This document shows, piece by piece, positions 50,662 to 59,640 of a DNA stretch of 64,000 nt. A model generated the notes under the pieces. It was not told where the DNA came from. It saw only the letters and a list, made by a program, of their open reading frames with translations, and ran no database searches. Source of the stretch: Candidatus Eiseniibacteriota bacterium (GTDB taxonomy: Bacteria > Eisenbacteria > RBG-16-71-46); NCBI GenBank assembly GCA_963725865.1, contig CAVSAC010000014.1, positions 640,001 to 704,000 of the forward strand, read 5' to 3'. Position numbers and translations under genes: made by a program. The stretch's first letter is position 1. Each line of letters starts with the position of its first letter.

Positions 50662-51006
50662 TTACTCTTGCCTGACAATGTCGACCGAGATCTCCACCGC
50701 CGGAAGCGTTCCTCTGTTCTCAAGCCAGTGTGTGGTGTTCCTATCCTCGGGCCAGCCCACTCCCGGCCCATAGTCCGTGACGACTTCATTTCGATGATCA
50801 GTGATCGTTCCTTGCAGGATGTAGACGATCCCTGGTCTGTCCTTGTGGTCGTGAATCGGGCCGAAAACGCCTCCAGGCTCGATGGTCACCATGCGCATTC
50901 GAAGTTGGCGCCCCGCCATGCCCTCGATCTCAGGGCCAAGGTCAACCGCTGCAAGTAATCTCACCGTGACACCCTTTGTCTCATGCGCCACGTGTTCGTT
51001 GCTCAT
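50662..51006 (-). CDS. cassette 9: cupin domain protein
   Basis: GAGGAG RBS; IEPGG..HDHKDRPG..G..HWLEN. Confidence 0.85.
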   Translation of the reverse strand: MSNEHVAHETKGVTVRLLAAVDLGPEIEGMAGRQLRMRMVTIEPGGVFGPIHDHKDRPGIVYILQGTITDHRNEVVTDYGPGVGWPEDRNTTHWLENRGTLPAVEISVDIVRQE

Positions 51007-51033
51007 CGTGCTCTCCTCGTCTGTACTTCCAGG

Positions 51034-51088
51034 GCCTAACACCCGGTTGAGCGGCGAGCTCGCAGGTCCGCTCCAGCCGGTGTTAGCC
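51034..51088 (-). mobile_element. attC (55 bp)
   Basis: GGCTAAC-ACCGGCTGGAGCGG..CCGCTCAACCGGGT-GTTAGGC. Confidence 0.85.
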
Positions 51089-51098
51089 CCTTTCTCAT

Positions 51099-51581
51099 TC
51101 ACGCAGCCGTAGTCGCGGCCAAGGCGCGCTTCAGCAGCGCGATCTGACCAGCATGATACAAGTTGTGCTGCGTGACGCCGATGAACTGCGTGTACGCGGT
51201 GTAGGGAGCCTCGGGTACGAGGGGGTCATCCAGCCGTTCGTCCGGAAAGTCACGCACTGCCTGCCGGAGCTTCTTGTTCAGTAGCTTGAGCTCCTGCACC
51301 GTTTGCTGCCAGTTCTCCTCGCTTGACGCCGGACATGCAGGCCAATCTTCTGCCGCCGTAAGCTGGCGCCCATCGCCCGCCAATCTCCGGAGTACCAGGT
51401 CATAGTCACTGCCAAGATGAAGCACGAGTTCCCAGATGCTATGCGCACCAGCGATGGGATGGCTGGCCGCTTGCGCCGCGGAGAGGCCGGCCAGCAACTC
51501 GAGTACCGAGGGCCCGTGCCACGCTTCGCCCTCAAGTGCTCGCCTGAGCTGCTCCTCCAGCCGGTTGACTTCGGCGGTCAT
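51099..51581 (-). CDS. cassette 8: DinB family protein
   Basis: AWHGPS, HSIWELVLHL and QHNLYHAGQI. Confidence 0.88.
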   Translation of the reverse strand: MTAEVNRLEEQLRRALEGEAWHGPSVLELLAGLSAAQAASHPIAGAHSIWELVLHLGSDYDLVLRRLAGDGRQLTAAEDWPACPASSEENWQQTVQELKLLNKKLRQAVRDFPDERLDDPLVPEAPYTAYTQFIGVTQHNLYHAGQIALLKRALAATTAA

Positions 51582-51604
51582 TCGCTCCACCCACCTCTCT
51601 ACCG

Positions 51605-51733
51605 GCCAAACGTTCGAGCTAAGCGGGCGACGGCGGCATGACGTCAGGTCCCGACTGGCGAAGATGTACTCCGTACCGCCAGGCCGGGCCTGGCGGCCTG
51701 CCGTTGGCGCTCCGCTTGAGCGAGGAGTTAGGC
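51605..51733 (-). mobile_element. attC (129 bp)
   Basis: GCCTAAC-TCCTCGCTCAAGCGG..CCGCTTAGCTCGAAC-GTTTGGC. Confidence 0.9.
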
Positions 51734-51759
51734 CGCACTCTTGTCTCGCAAAGGACGGC

Positions 51760-52137
51760 TCAATCGGTGTCGGGGCTGTATGCCTTGAAGGTGATGGCAA
51801 GGGCGACGACAAAGAGGAAGCCTTCCAGAACCATGAACGTCATTGAGTTGGTGCTCTGCGTTGCCTGCCGATACTGACTTGCCGCAAACATACGGACCAG
51901 GCCAAGAACCAGGAAGAACCAGCCGGAGAGAGTGATGAGAACGGACCAGTTCCGTGCCCAAACGTTGTGCGCTCGCACGACGGCCAAGCCCGCGACGAAC
52001 ATGAGGACGCCGGAGAGATAGATGACCGGCGGGATCTGAGTGTCGTAGAGGTGAGGCTGAACAAGCGGGAACTCGGAGACGAGCATTGCGACCAGGGTGG
52101 GCCCCACGAGCGCGCCGACTTGTTTGGAGTTCGCCAC
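51760..52137 (-). CDS. cassette 7: hypothetical 4-TM membrane protein
   Basis: GGAGGG RBS plus GTG; VRAHNVW; hydrophobic helices. Confidence 0.75.
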   Translation of the reverse strand: MANSKQVGALVGPTLVAMLVSEFPLVQPHLYDTQIPPVIYLSGVLMFVAGLAVVRAHNVWARNWSVLITLSGWFFLVLGLVRMFAASQYRQATQSTNSMTFMVLEGFLFVVALAITFKAYSPDTD

Positions 52138-52162
52138 AGAAGCCCTCCGCGGTATTTGTGCG

Positions 52163-52222
52163 GCCCAACGCTCCGGTTCAGCGACGGCGCGCAGCGCCGT
52201 CCGCTGCATGCCGTTGTTGGGC
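52163..52222 (-). mobile_element. attC (60 bp)
   Basis: GCCCAAC-AACGGCATGCAGCGGACGGCGC..GCGCCGTCGCTGAACCGGAGC-GTTGGGC. Confidence 0.92.
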
Positions 52223-52274
52223 GTTCCAGACACGACGCCGGCAAGCCGAAATGGTGCCTGACCAACGCCTGCCG

Positions 52275-52757
52275 TCACTTCGTCGACTTCCGGCGTGGCC
52301 GCCGCTTGGATGCAGACGACTGAATGATGAGCTTTCCCTGCCCCTTGGATGGCAAGGGAACCGTCGCGTGATCAATCGCGGCGACGATCAGCGCCTCCAC
52401 GTCGGGATGTCCCAACTGGCCTGCCGCGTCGACCCGAATGAAGCGGGTCTGCTTTCCCGATCCCCGCAGAAGCTTCTTCGGGTCGGGCAACTGCGGTCCA
52501 TGTGACAGGTACAGAAGCACGCCGTCGGCACGTGCGGCGATCGCCACAATGGCCTCGATCCCTCGGTCCGTCGGCGAGTATCCGATAACGACGGAGTCTG
52601 GATAGTCGTACGCCAGCTCGTTTACGGTCGGGAATCGTTTGCGTACCGCAGCCCGGACCGATCGAAAAACCTTCTGCTCCTTCGGATCAAACCTGTTGAT
52701 GAACGATCGGAGCTCGGCCTCCGGGGAAAGCTCCCTGCCATCGGGTTTCATTGTCAC
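52275..52757 (-). CDS. cassette 6: DUF1801-like protein
   Basis: ELAYDY..VIGYSP and LPDPKKLLRGSGKQTRFI. Confidence 0.75.
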   Translation of the reverse strand: MTMKPDGRELSPEAELRSFINRFDPKEQKVFRSVRAAVRKRFPTVNELAYDYPDSVVIGYSPTDRGIEAIVAIAARADGVLLYLSHGPQLPDPKKLLRGSGKQTRFIRVDAAGQLGHPDVEALIVAAIDHATVPLPSKGQGKLIIQSSASKRRPRRKSTK

Positions 52758-52798
52758 TGCAGCCTCCCGGTCGTTCTCAGCAGTTCGTCATCAGATAC

Positions 52799-52954
52799 GC
52801 CCAACGCCTCGGCGCTCACCTGCCGGTCGCCGTCTTGGTCCCGGAGTGTCGCCCGACGGCTGCCCCGCGTGTCAACAGCAGCCCGGGGCGGCCGGCGGCT
52901 GCCTGGACCGCCGGCTCGCAGCCGCGGCCGGGCAGTTGCAGCGCTTTGTTGGGC
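52799..52954 (-). mobile_element. attC (156 bp)
   Basis: GCCCAAC-AAAGCGCTGCAACTGCCCGG..CCGGCAGGTGAGCGCCGAGGC-GTTGGGC. Confidence 0.88.
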
Positions 52955-52964
52955 TGCGAACTCG

Positions 52965-53327
52965 CTAGTCGAGATACCAGCTGACGAAGCCACGAAACGC
53001 AGGAGAGAGGCCGACGCTGGCCCACCACGCCCCGATACCCAGCGCCCACAATAGAAGCGGGAACCGCACGCGTTGTCTGAAATAGCGCGCGACCGCGATC
53101 GCGACAGGAGCTGCGAGCACTGTTGGCAGCACGATCAGCATTGTGAAGCCTGCAATTTCGGCGTGAGTCCATGCTGATTCGGACAAGGAGTACGACTCGC
53201 CGTACGTAAGCACGCGGCCCACCTCGTAGGTGCAGCGCAAGGCGGCCGACCACTGCACGAGAGTGGAAACGAGTGGTATTGCGGCCAAGGCGTAGGCCAA
53301 TGCGAGAGCGATCGTCGCGGCGCTCAT
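52965..53327 (-). CDS. cassette 5: hypothetical membrane protein
   Basis: Three hydrophobic helices; fills the space between two attC sites. Confidence 0.65.
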   Translation of the reverse strand: MSAATIALALAYALAAIPLVSTLVQWSAALRCTYEVGRVLTYGESYSLSESAWTHAEIAGFTMLIVLPTVLAAPVAIAVARYFRQRVRFPLLLWALGIGAWWASVGLSPAFRGFVSWYLD

Positions 53328-53345
53328 ACGCTGCAGCTCTTCGCA

Positions 53346-53466
53346 GCCCAACGGATTGCGCTTAAGCTGGCGGCCCGCCGGCGCCGCACACAAGATAGAT
53401 GGCTTCCATTTGGCATTCCGCCCGAAGCGGCGCCAGCGGGCCGCCAGCTTCAAGTGCATGTTAGGC
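53346..53466 (-). mobile_element. attC (121 bp)
   Basis: GCCTAAC-ATGCACTTGAAGCTGGCGGCCCGC..GCGGGCCGCCAGCTTAAGCGCAATCC-GTTGGGC. Confidence 0.92.
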
Positions 53467-53478
53467 GGCTCGCTGTCG

Positions 53479-53898
53479 CTACTCCTGCTCAAAGAACAAC
53501 GCACGCGCGTCGGGCGGCCAGTCCATGGCTCGGTTCGTACGCTTGTCCACGCATGCCACGACCATCAGGCACCGAGAGAGGGGCGTGCCGGCTTCATCGC
53601 TCATGGCACACTCGATGTGCGCGTCAGGGCCCTCAAACTCACGGACGAACGAGGAAATGGTGATTGCCTGGTCACCGACAACTGGCTTCAGGAAATCCAC
53701 CTCCATTCGCCGTACCCAGGTCATGAACGGGAGTGTCCCTAGAGTTCTCAGGTCCCAACCGGCGTTTTCGCGAAGCCCAATCATGCGGTGATCCACGTAA
53801 TAAGCCGAGTAGAGGGCAGTACGAAGGTGATTGTACGGGTCCAGGTCGGAAAAGTTGATTCGGTGGGCGGTCCTGTAGACGACCGGTCGCATGGGCAT
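53479..53898 (-). CDS. cassette 4: acyl-CoA thioesterase (4HBT/YbgC hotdog fold)
   Basis: RINFSDLDPYNHL and EVDFLKPV. Confidence 0.85.
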   Translation of the reverse strand: MPMRPVVYRTAHRINFSDLDPYNHLRTALYSAYYVDHRMIGLRENAGWDLRTLGTLPFMTWVRRMEVDFLKPVVGDQAITISSFVREFEGPDAHIECAMSDEAGTPLSRCLMVVACVDKRTNRAMDWPPDARALFFEQE

Positions 53899-53978
53899 GG
53901 GCCTTCCCCTCCTGTCGCACTGGCCCTACTCGGATGCCGGAACGGTGAACGCCATCGTCGCCCTGCCTATGGTGAGCC

Positions 53979-54113
53979 GCCTAACGGATCGGCGTTCAGC
54001 TGCGAGCCATAGCGCCTCCGCGGCTCGATCGAACCGCGCCGGTTCGACGCCAGACGGTACCACGGGCCGATTGAGGCACGCTGTGGCTCGGCAGCTGCAG
54101 CGCCTTGTTGGGC
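53979..54113 (-). mobile_element. attC (135 bp)
   Basis: GCCCAAC-AAGGCGCTGCAGCTGCCGAGCCA..TGGCTCGCAGCTGAACGCCGATCC-GTTAGGC. Confidence 0.92.
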
Positions 54114-54130
54114 GGCAGGCCGTCGCATCC

Positions 54131-54583
54131 TCATGCAAGGGAGAGCCTCCCCGCGGTTGGCTTGCCGCCATAGAAGTGCCAGTCCCCGTGGTGGCAGAAG
54201 TTGATGAACCAATCGAGTGCCGGCGTCGTGAGGTAGTAGTTATCCTCGAATCGCTTCGGATCCCGGAAGTGCATGTGGCCTACCACGAGGTCGTGAACCG
54301 GATACGCGGAGTCGAGGGCGAGGGGCGAGAACCGGCGACTGCGTGGGACTGAGCGCCACCCAGCAATCTGATCGTTGAACGCGAGGAGGCATTGCGGCCG
54401 GCTCGACGCGATATGTCGCTCGGTGACGCGGATCAGGCGCTCGACGCTCGCACGCTCGGAGAGACGCCGCTCGATGAGTCGGGAGCAGCGACCATCGTAG
54501 AAGTACCCTTGGGTATCGAAGGGGAAGCGCCGCTGGAGCCCTGCGAAGAACTCCGACTTCTTCAGGAAACGCACGCGTGCCAC
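54131..54583 (-). CDS. cassette 3: hypothetical protein
   Basis: Single ORF filling the cassette; LDWFINFCHHGDWHFYG; start uncertain. Confidence 0.6.
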   Translation of the reverse strand: MARVRFLKKSEFFAGLQRRFPFDTQGYFYDGRCSRLIERRLSERASVERLIRVTERHIASSRPQCLLAFNDQIAGWRSVPRSRRFSPLALDSAYPVHDLVVGHMHFRDPKRFEDNYYLTTPALDWFINFCHHGDWHFYGGKPTAGRLSLA

Positions 54584-54601
54584 CTCGGTGCCGTTCCTGC
54601 C

Positions 54602-54659
54602 GCCCAACGAATAAGTTCAGCGGCCGGCGTAGCCGGTCCGCGGCAACGCCTTGTTAGGC
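54602..54659 (-). mobile_element. attC (58 bp)
   Basis: GCCTAAC-AAGGCGTTGCCGCGGACCGGC-TAC-GCCGGCCGCTGAACTTATTC-GTTGGGC. Confidence 0.88.
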
Positions 54660-54832
54660 CGCTCTTGCCTCTGTGAATCACGAGCACCTCGACGACGGTC
54701 GGACGAGGGATGCTTGGCCAAGGAACAGGGTTAGATTCTCGCGACGCTTACCGACTATGAGCCGAACAGTTCCCCGCCGTTGAGTGCGACCTGGCTCGCA
54801 GCGGCGGGCAAGGGTACCGACAGCACTGGGGT

Positions 54833-55018
54833 TCAGGCCTTAGCTCTTGTCATGAATGCCCAGATGAAGCCGACCAGCGCGGCGCCGCATGCCGCGCCAC
54901 CCCCGGAAAGCCCGACGACTTGAACACTTCTCACGTCTTGAGAGAAGCGAACAATCGCACCCACGCCAAAAAGCACGAGCATCGCCAAGACGGCCAGATT
55001 CGGTTTAGAGCGTTCCAT
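54833..55018 (-). CDS. cassette 2: 61-aa 2-TM membrane protein
   Basis: AAGGA RBS; MERSKPNLAVLAMLVLFGVGAIVRF.. Confidence 0.6.
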   Translation of the reverse strand: MERSKPNLAVLAMLVLFGVGAIVRFSQDVRSVQVVGLSGGGAACGAALVGFIWAFMTRAKA

Positions 55019-55120
55019 ACACATTTCCTTTCACGATTGCATTCGCGACTCTGTCGACATATTCGACACTTCCGTATTCCATGCTTGAAGGCTGCGGCAT
55101 GAGAGTACCGGTCCAGAGCG

Positions 55121-55178
55121 GCCTAACGCTCAGCATCAGCCGCGGCCGCAGGCCGGCGGTTGCATGCTGAAGTTAGAC
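55121..55178 (-). mobile_element. attC (58 bp)
   Basis: GTCTAAC-TTCAGCATGCAACCGCCGGCC..GGCCGCGGCTGATGCTGAGC-GTTAGGC. Confidence 0.92.
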
Positions 55179-55188
55179 ACGATCAACG

Positions 55189-55659
55189 TCATTCACGGAG
55201 GGCCAGGGTAACCCGGACGCCGCCATCGTTGTAGGACGGGCATCCACCCTTGAAGACTCGGTAACGTGCGTCGTATCCCAGATCCTGACGTGGGTACCCC
55301 GGCGCGCTTACGGTGAGAATGTAGCTCCCGCCTGACGTAGCAAAGCCGCACGGTATGCGGCAGGCGAGAGAGTCGCCTTGGACCTCCACGCCGTAGCTCG
55401 GACCTGCGAGGAGCCGGCGCAGGTCCTGCTCGATCCCATCGAGCCGCACATTCCTTATCGCTACACTTCCGATTGGCGCGCCCGTCTGGGTGTCATGAGC
55501 AGCGACGATCTGCAGCAGGGGCTCGCGGTACGTATGAACGCACGGCCCGGCCACGCCGTCACAACCCACGAGAACTGCCGCCACGGAGACAGCTGCACCC
55601 ACTTGCCCCCACCGTCTCCAAATCTTGACCTGCCTGCGCGGCACTTGCGTTGCTCGCAT
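55189..55659 (-). CDS. cassette 1: hypothetical lipoprotein
   Basis: VLVGC lipobox; YILTVSAPGY carboxypeptidase-regulatory-like strand. Confidence 0.7.
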   Translation of the reverse strand: MRATQVPRRQVKIWRRWGQVGAAVSVAAVLVGCDGVAGPCVHTYREPLLQIVAAHDTQTGAPIGSVAIRNVRLDGIEQDLRRLLAGPSYGVEVQGDSLACRIPCGFATSGGSYILTVSAPGYPRQDLGYDARYRVFKGGCPSYNDGGVRVTLALRE

Positions 55660-55674
55660 GTCGCAGCCCTCAGT

Positions 55675-55712
55675 GTCTAACGCGAAGTGGCCGGACCGGC
55701 CGAGGCAGTTCG
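55675..55712 (-). mobile_element. putative attI (core GTTAGAC at 55675-55681)
   Basis: Core is complementary to the GTCTAAC inverse core of cassette 1; no full attC palindrome precedes it. Confidence 0.6.
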
Positions 55713-55843
55713 CCTGACCAGCCCATGCACGGTCGATCGAGTTTCGTTCTCGCTCCATCTCACTGCGCGTCGTCTCATTCCAGGCTCCTCACGTTGGTCC
55801 GCTCCATTAGATAGGCTGCGAACAGTTCCCATTCTGCGTCCGC

Positions 55844-56893
55844 CTACAGCCGATCCGCCGGGCTCACCACGCCGCGGCCTCCGCGATTGAGCACGTGGGT
55901 GTAGATCATGGTCGTGCTCACGTCCTTGTGCCCGAGCAGCTCCTGCACGGTCCGGATGTCGTAGCCGTCCTCGAGCAGGTGGGTTGCGAACGAGTGCCGA
56001 AGCGAGTGGCACGTGGCGCGCTTCGACAGCCCGGCGGCCAAGACGGCCGACCGCAGCGCGCGCTGAAGAACCGTCTCGTGCAGGTGGTGCCGCCGGACCT
56101 GCCGCGTCGCGGGGTGGACGTACTGCCGCGTTGCGGGGAACACCCACTGCCACGGCCATTCGCGGCCGGCGTTCGGGTACTTGCGGTCCAGCGCCTCGGG
56201 CATCTCCACCCACCCGGCGCCCTCGGCCAAGTCCCTCGAGTGCTGATCACGCACCGACTCGAGGTGGTGCCGAAGCGCCGCCACGACTCCGCGCGGCAGC
56301 ATCGTCCGGCGATCGCGAGCGCCCTTGCCTGCGCGCACGGTGATCTCGCCACGGGCGAGGTCCAGGTCCTTGACGCGAATCTGCAGGCCCTCGAGCAACC
56401 GGAGCCCGGAGCCATAGAGCACGGTCGCCACGATCCGCGGGACGCCGTCCATGCGATCGAGCACGTCGCGCACCTCGTCGCGCGTGAGCACGACGGGCAG
56501 TCGATGCGGCGCCTTGGCGCGCACCACGCCGTCGAGCCACTCGAGTTCGCGGCCGAGCACCTGTTGATACAGGAACAGCAGCGCGCTGAGCGCTTGGTTC
56601 TGGGTCGACGCGCTCACCCGGCGCGCCGTGGCGAGATGCGAGAGGAACGCGGTGATCTCGGCCTCGCCCATTTCGGACGGGTGGCGCTTGCCGTGGAACA
56701 GCACGAAGCGCCGAATCCAGCCGACGTACGCTTCCTCGGTACGCCGACTGAAGTGCCGGACCTGGATGGCCGCCCGCACGCGGTCGAGCAACCGCGGAGG
56801 TGGAGGTACGGGGCGTTCGCGTACGTAGAGCCCCGCGCGTGCGTCAGGCGGCTGGAACGAACTCACAATCGACCCACGACTCATCACGTCCAT
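55844..56893 (-). CDS. intI: integron integrase (tyrosine recombinase)
   Basis: [33 protein letters not shown], IntI-specific insert [27 protein letters not shown] and [13 protein letters not shown]. Confidence 0.97.
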   Translation of the reverse strand: MDVMSRGSIVSSFQPPDARAGLYVRERPVPPPPRLLDRVRAAIQVRHFSRRTEEAYVGWIRRFVLFHGKRHPSEMGEAEITAFLSHLATARRVSASTQNQALSALLFLYQQVLGRELEWLDGVVRAKAPHRLPVVLTRDEVRDVLDRMDGVPRIVATVLYGSGLRLLEGLQIRVKDLDLARGEITVRAGKGARDRRTMLPRGVVAALRHHLESVRDQHSRDLAEGAGWVEMPEALDRKYPNAGREWPWQWVFPATRQYVHPATRQVRRHHLHETVLQRALRSAVLAAGLSKRATCHSLRHSFATHLLEDGYDIRTVQELLGHKDVSTTMIYTHVLNRGGRGVVSPADRL

Positions 56894-57006
56894 CGGTCTC
56901 GTTCTCCCGGGAGCGTGGTCGGCGCAGTATAGACGCACGCCAACCCAGCCGATAGCGGTGCCCTGGATGACCGCGGGGCGATGCGCTTCGCGGAGTCGTC
57001 GCGCCC

Positions 57007-58815
57007 CTACCCGCGCCAGCCTCCACCTTCGCGATCGTCTCCGCAGACTCGCCACCGGCTCCGGATACCCCGGCTTCCACGTCGCGTCGATCCCCAGCGG
57101 CCCGCGCGCCGACAGCCACGCGCCCGCGCACCTCGACGCTCGCCGGCACCACGTCGCGCGCGCAGTCGAAGCGCGTGAACCAGCCCCACAGCAGCGTGGC
57201 GTCGTCGGCCAGGTCGATGTCTTCGCTCACGGCGACGAGCAGCGGCACGTCGGCGTACTCGGCGCGGCGTACGAGTCTCTCGATCACCTCGCGCCCGGGC
57301 GTGGTCGCAGCGCGCGGAGCCTCGTCCGCCCGCCACCCGGCATCGGCGCCACCGACCGCCCCGCGCACGCGCACCACCAGCACGCCGCCCCACGCCAGGC
57401 GCCAGTCGAGCACGCGCTCGTCGAAGGCGCGCGGGTCGGCGACCTCCCGCAGCGGCTCGCGCAGCGAACGCCCGGCCTTGCTCTGCGCGTCGAGCACCAT
57501 CTTGCTGCCGAGGTTCATGGTGTACGAGGTGAAGTCGAGCGTGTCGAGCGGCACGCCGGGGATCATCAGCAGGTCTTCCGACGCGTCGAAGTTGCGCGCC
57601 AGCGCGCCGAACACGGCCTGCCGGTCGCGCGGGTCGACGGTCGGGATCCACCAGCACCACGCACTTGGTGAGCGAGAGCTGTCCGGTGCCGAGCAGGCCG
57701 AGTGCCGTCTTGCGCGCCTCGCGCGCGAAGCGATTCTCGACCGAGACCACGAGCAGGTTGTGGAAGCCGGCCTCGAAGTACGCCCACAGGTCCACGATCT
57801 CGGGGTGGATCACCTTGAGCACGCCGGTGAACATCTCCTGCACCGCCTCGCCCATCCACAGGTCCTCCTGCGGGGGCTTGCCGACCACGCTGGCCTGGAA
57901 CACGGGGCGCTCGCGATGGGTCACGTCCTTCACGTGGAACACGGGAAAGTGCGCGGCGTGCGAGTAGTGCCCGAAGTGATCGCCGAACGGGCCCTCGAGC
58001 CGCCGCTCGCCGGCGGGCACCACGCCCTCGATCACGAACTCGGCGTCGGCGGGCACCATCATCGACAGCGTGCGCGCCTTGGAAAGCCGCGTGGGTGCGC
58101 CGCGCAGGAAGCCGGCGAACGCCAGCTCGTCGATGCCCTCGGGCAGCGGCGCGACCGCGGCCAGCAGCGTGGCGGGATCGGCGCCGACGGCGACCGCGAC
58201 CTCGAGCCCGGCGCCGCGCTTCTCGGCCTTGTGGAAGTGGAACCCGCCGCCCTTGCCGATCTGCCAGTGCATGCCGGTGGTCTTGCCGTCGTAGACGTGC
58301 ATGCGGTAGATGCCGAGGTTGCGCTTGCGCGTGTCGGGATCCTCGGTGAACACGAGCGGGAACGTGACGAACCGCCCGCCGTCCTTGGGCCACAGCTGCA
58401 GGATGGGCAGCGACGCCAGGTCGGCGCCGAGCGTATGCGTCTGCGCGGGCCCGCGCTCGAGGCGCTCGGGGCGGCTCGCCAGCACGCGGCGCGCGGAGCC
58501 GCGCAGCGCCCACAGGTCGCCGAGCGCCTGGGGCGGCAGCGCGTGGAACAGCGTCTCGATCTCGGCGCCGACGGCGCGCGGCGAGCGTCCGATCGCCCAC
58601 TCGATCCGCCGCCGCGCCGCCAGCACGTTGACGGCGAGCGGAAAGCGCGCGCCGCGCACGTTCTCGAACAGCAGCGCGGGGCCTTCGCGCTTGGCTTCGC
58701 GGCAGGCGATCTCGGTGACCTCGAACGCCCAGTCGACCTCGCGCCTGACGCGCTCGAGGTCGCCGCGCTTCTCGAGGTCGGCGAGGAACGCGCTCAGCGT
58801 GCGAAAGCCGTTCAT
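57007..58815 (-). pseudogene. mqnL: UbiD-family menaquinone biosynthesis decarboxylase, frameshifted near 57640 and 57120-57015 (probably sequencing errors)
   Basis: GPALLFEN, NLGIYRM, EGPFGDHFGHY and GKPPQED; continues as PLDTLDF..GSKMVLDA and [11 protein letters not shown] in other frames. Confidence 0.8.
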
Positions 58816-59087
58816 GGCGCGCTGTCCTCCGCGGCGGGGCGGACGGCGGCGCGCGCCGGCGTGGTGTCGGCCGCGGTGGTGTCGCCGAGGGCGGCGGCGG
58901 CCGCCACGCGGCGCGCCAACGCGCGCTCCTCGCGCACTCGTTCGTACTTCTCCTCGCGCCGCAGCGACACCGCGCGGCGCCAGTCGAGCAGCCGGCCGGC
59001 GTACCGGCCGTAGATCAGCATCACCACGATGCCGACCACCACCGCGAGCACCGCGCCGAGCGCGACCCGCGAGCGCCAGTCCTTCAC
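58812..59087 (-). CDS. small single-TM hypothetical protein
   Basis: GTGA and ATGA overlaps with both neighbours; TM helix followed by a charged coil. Confidence 0.6.
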   Translation of the reverse strand: MKDWRSRVALGAVLAVVVGIVVMLIYGRYAGRLLDWRRAVSLRREEKYERVREERALARRVAAAAALGDTTAADTTPARAAVRPAAEDSAP

Positions 59088-59638
59088 TCCAGCTCCTGTT
59101 CGCGCCAGCCGGGACCGGCGTCCTCGCCGAGCAACGCGAGCAGCTTGGTGGTGAAGCCGCCGACCAGCGCGTCGAGGTCCTTGGGATTGCCGTACCACGG
59201 TGGCGAGATCGGCATGATGATCGCGCCGTCGCGCGAGAGGCGCGCCATGTTCTCGAGCGCGATGGTCGACAGCGGGGTCTCGCGCACGCACAGCACCAGC
59301 CGCAGGCGCTCCTTCAGCGCCACGGCGGCGGCGCGGGTGATGAGCGTGTCGGCGATGCCGGTGGCGATCTTGGCCAGCGTCGAGACGCTGCACGGCGTGA
59401 TCACGTATGCGTCGTAGCGGTTGCTGCCCGAGGAGAACGGCGCGGCCAGGTCGGTGTCGGCGAAGGTCTTCTTCACGTGCGGCGCGAGGTCGCCGGGCTT
59501 GAGCCCCAGCTCCGAGGCCATCACCTGGCGCGCCCAGTCGGACATCACCAGGTACTTCTCGCCCGGCAGGCGCTTGATCAGGTCGACGCCGTAGATGCTG
59601 CCCGAGGCGCCGGTCATGCCGATCAGGTAGCGCGCCAT
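59084..59638 (-). CDS. ubiX: UbiX-family flavin prenyltransferase (MqnM)
   Basis: GMTGASGSIYG, SSGS, PCSVSTLAKIA and LKER..RETPLS. Confidence 0.92.
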   Translation of the reverse strand: MARYLIGMTGASGSIYGVDLIKRLPGEKYLVMSDWARQVMASELGLKPGDLAPHVKKTFADTDLAAPFSSGSNRYDAYVITPCSVSTLAKIATGIADTLITRAAAVALKERLRLVLCVRETPLSTIALENMARLSRDGAIIMPISPPWYGNPKDLDALVGGFTTKLLALLGEDAGPGWREQELE

Positions 59639-59640
59639 CT

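Larger units (their letters stand above)
50595..56893 (-). mobile_element. integron: intI, putative attI and 9-cassette array
   Basis: IntI-type integrase; eight RYYYAAC..GTTRRRY-type palindromic sites each separating single ORFs; visibly lower GC than the flanks. Confidence 0.93.

Noticed and set aside
54730..54736. Extra GTTAGAT core inside cassette 2
   Set aside because: No partner box or palindrome; cassette 2 boundaries already pair perfectly
56895..56960. LexA/SOS box upstream of intI
   Set aside because: No match to CTGT-N8-ACAG or GAAC-N4-GTTC; only a GC palindrome (CTCCCGGGAG) and a lone TATACT, which are insufficient
56894..57055. 403-aa IntI with a long N-terminal extension
   Set aside because: The extension overlaps the frameshifted mqnL 3' end; an RBS-associated ATG at 56893 gives a more typical length
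57007..57660. Programmed frameshifting in mqnL
   Set aside because: Several independent indels without slippery sites; better explained by sequencing error
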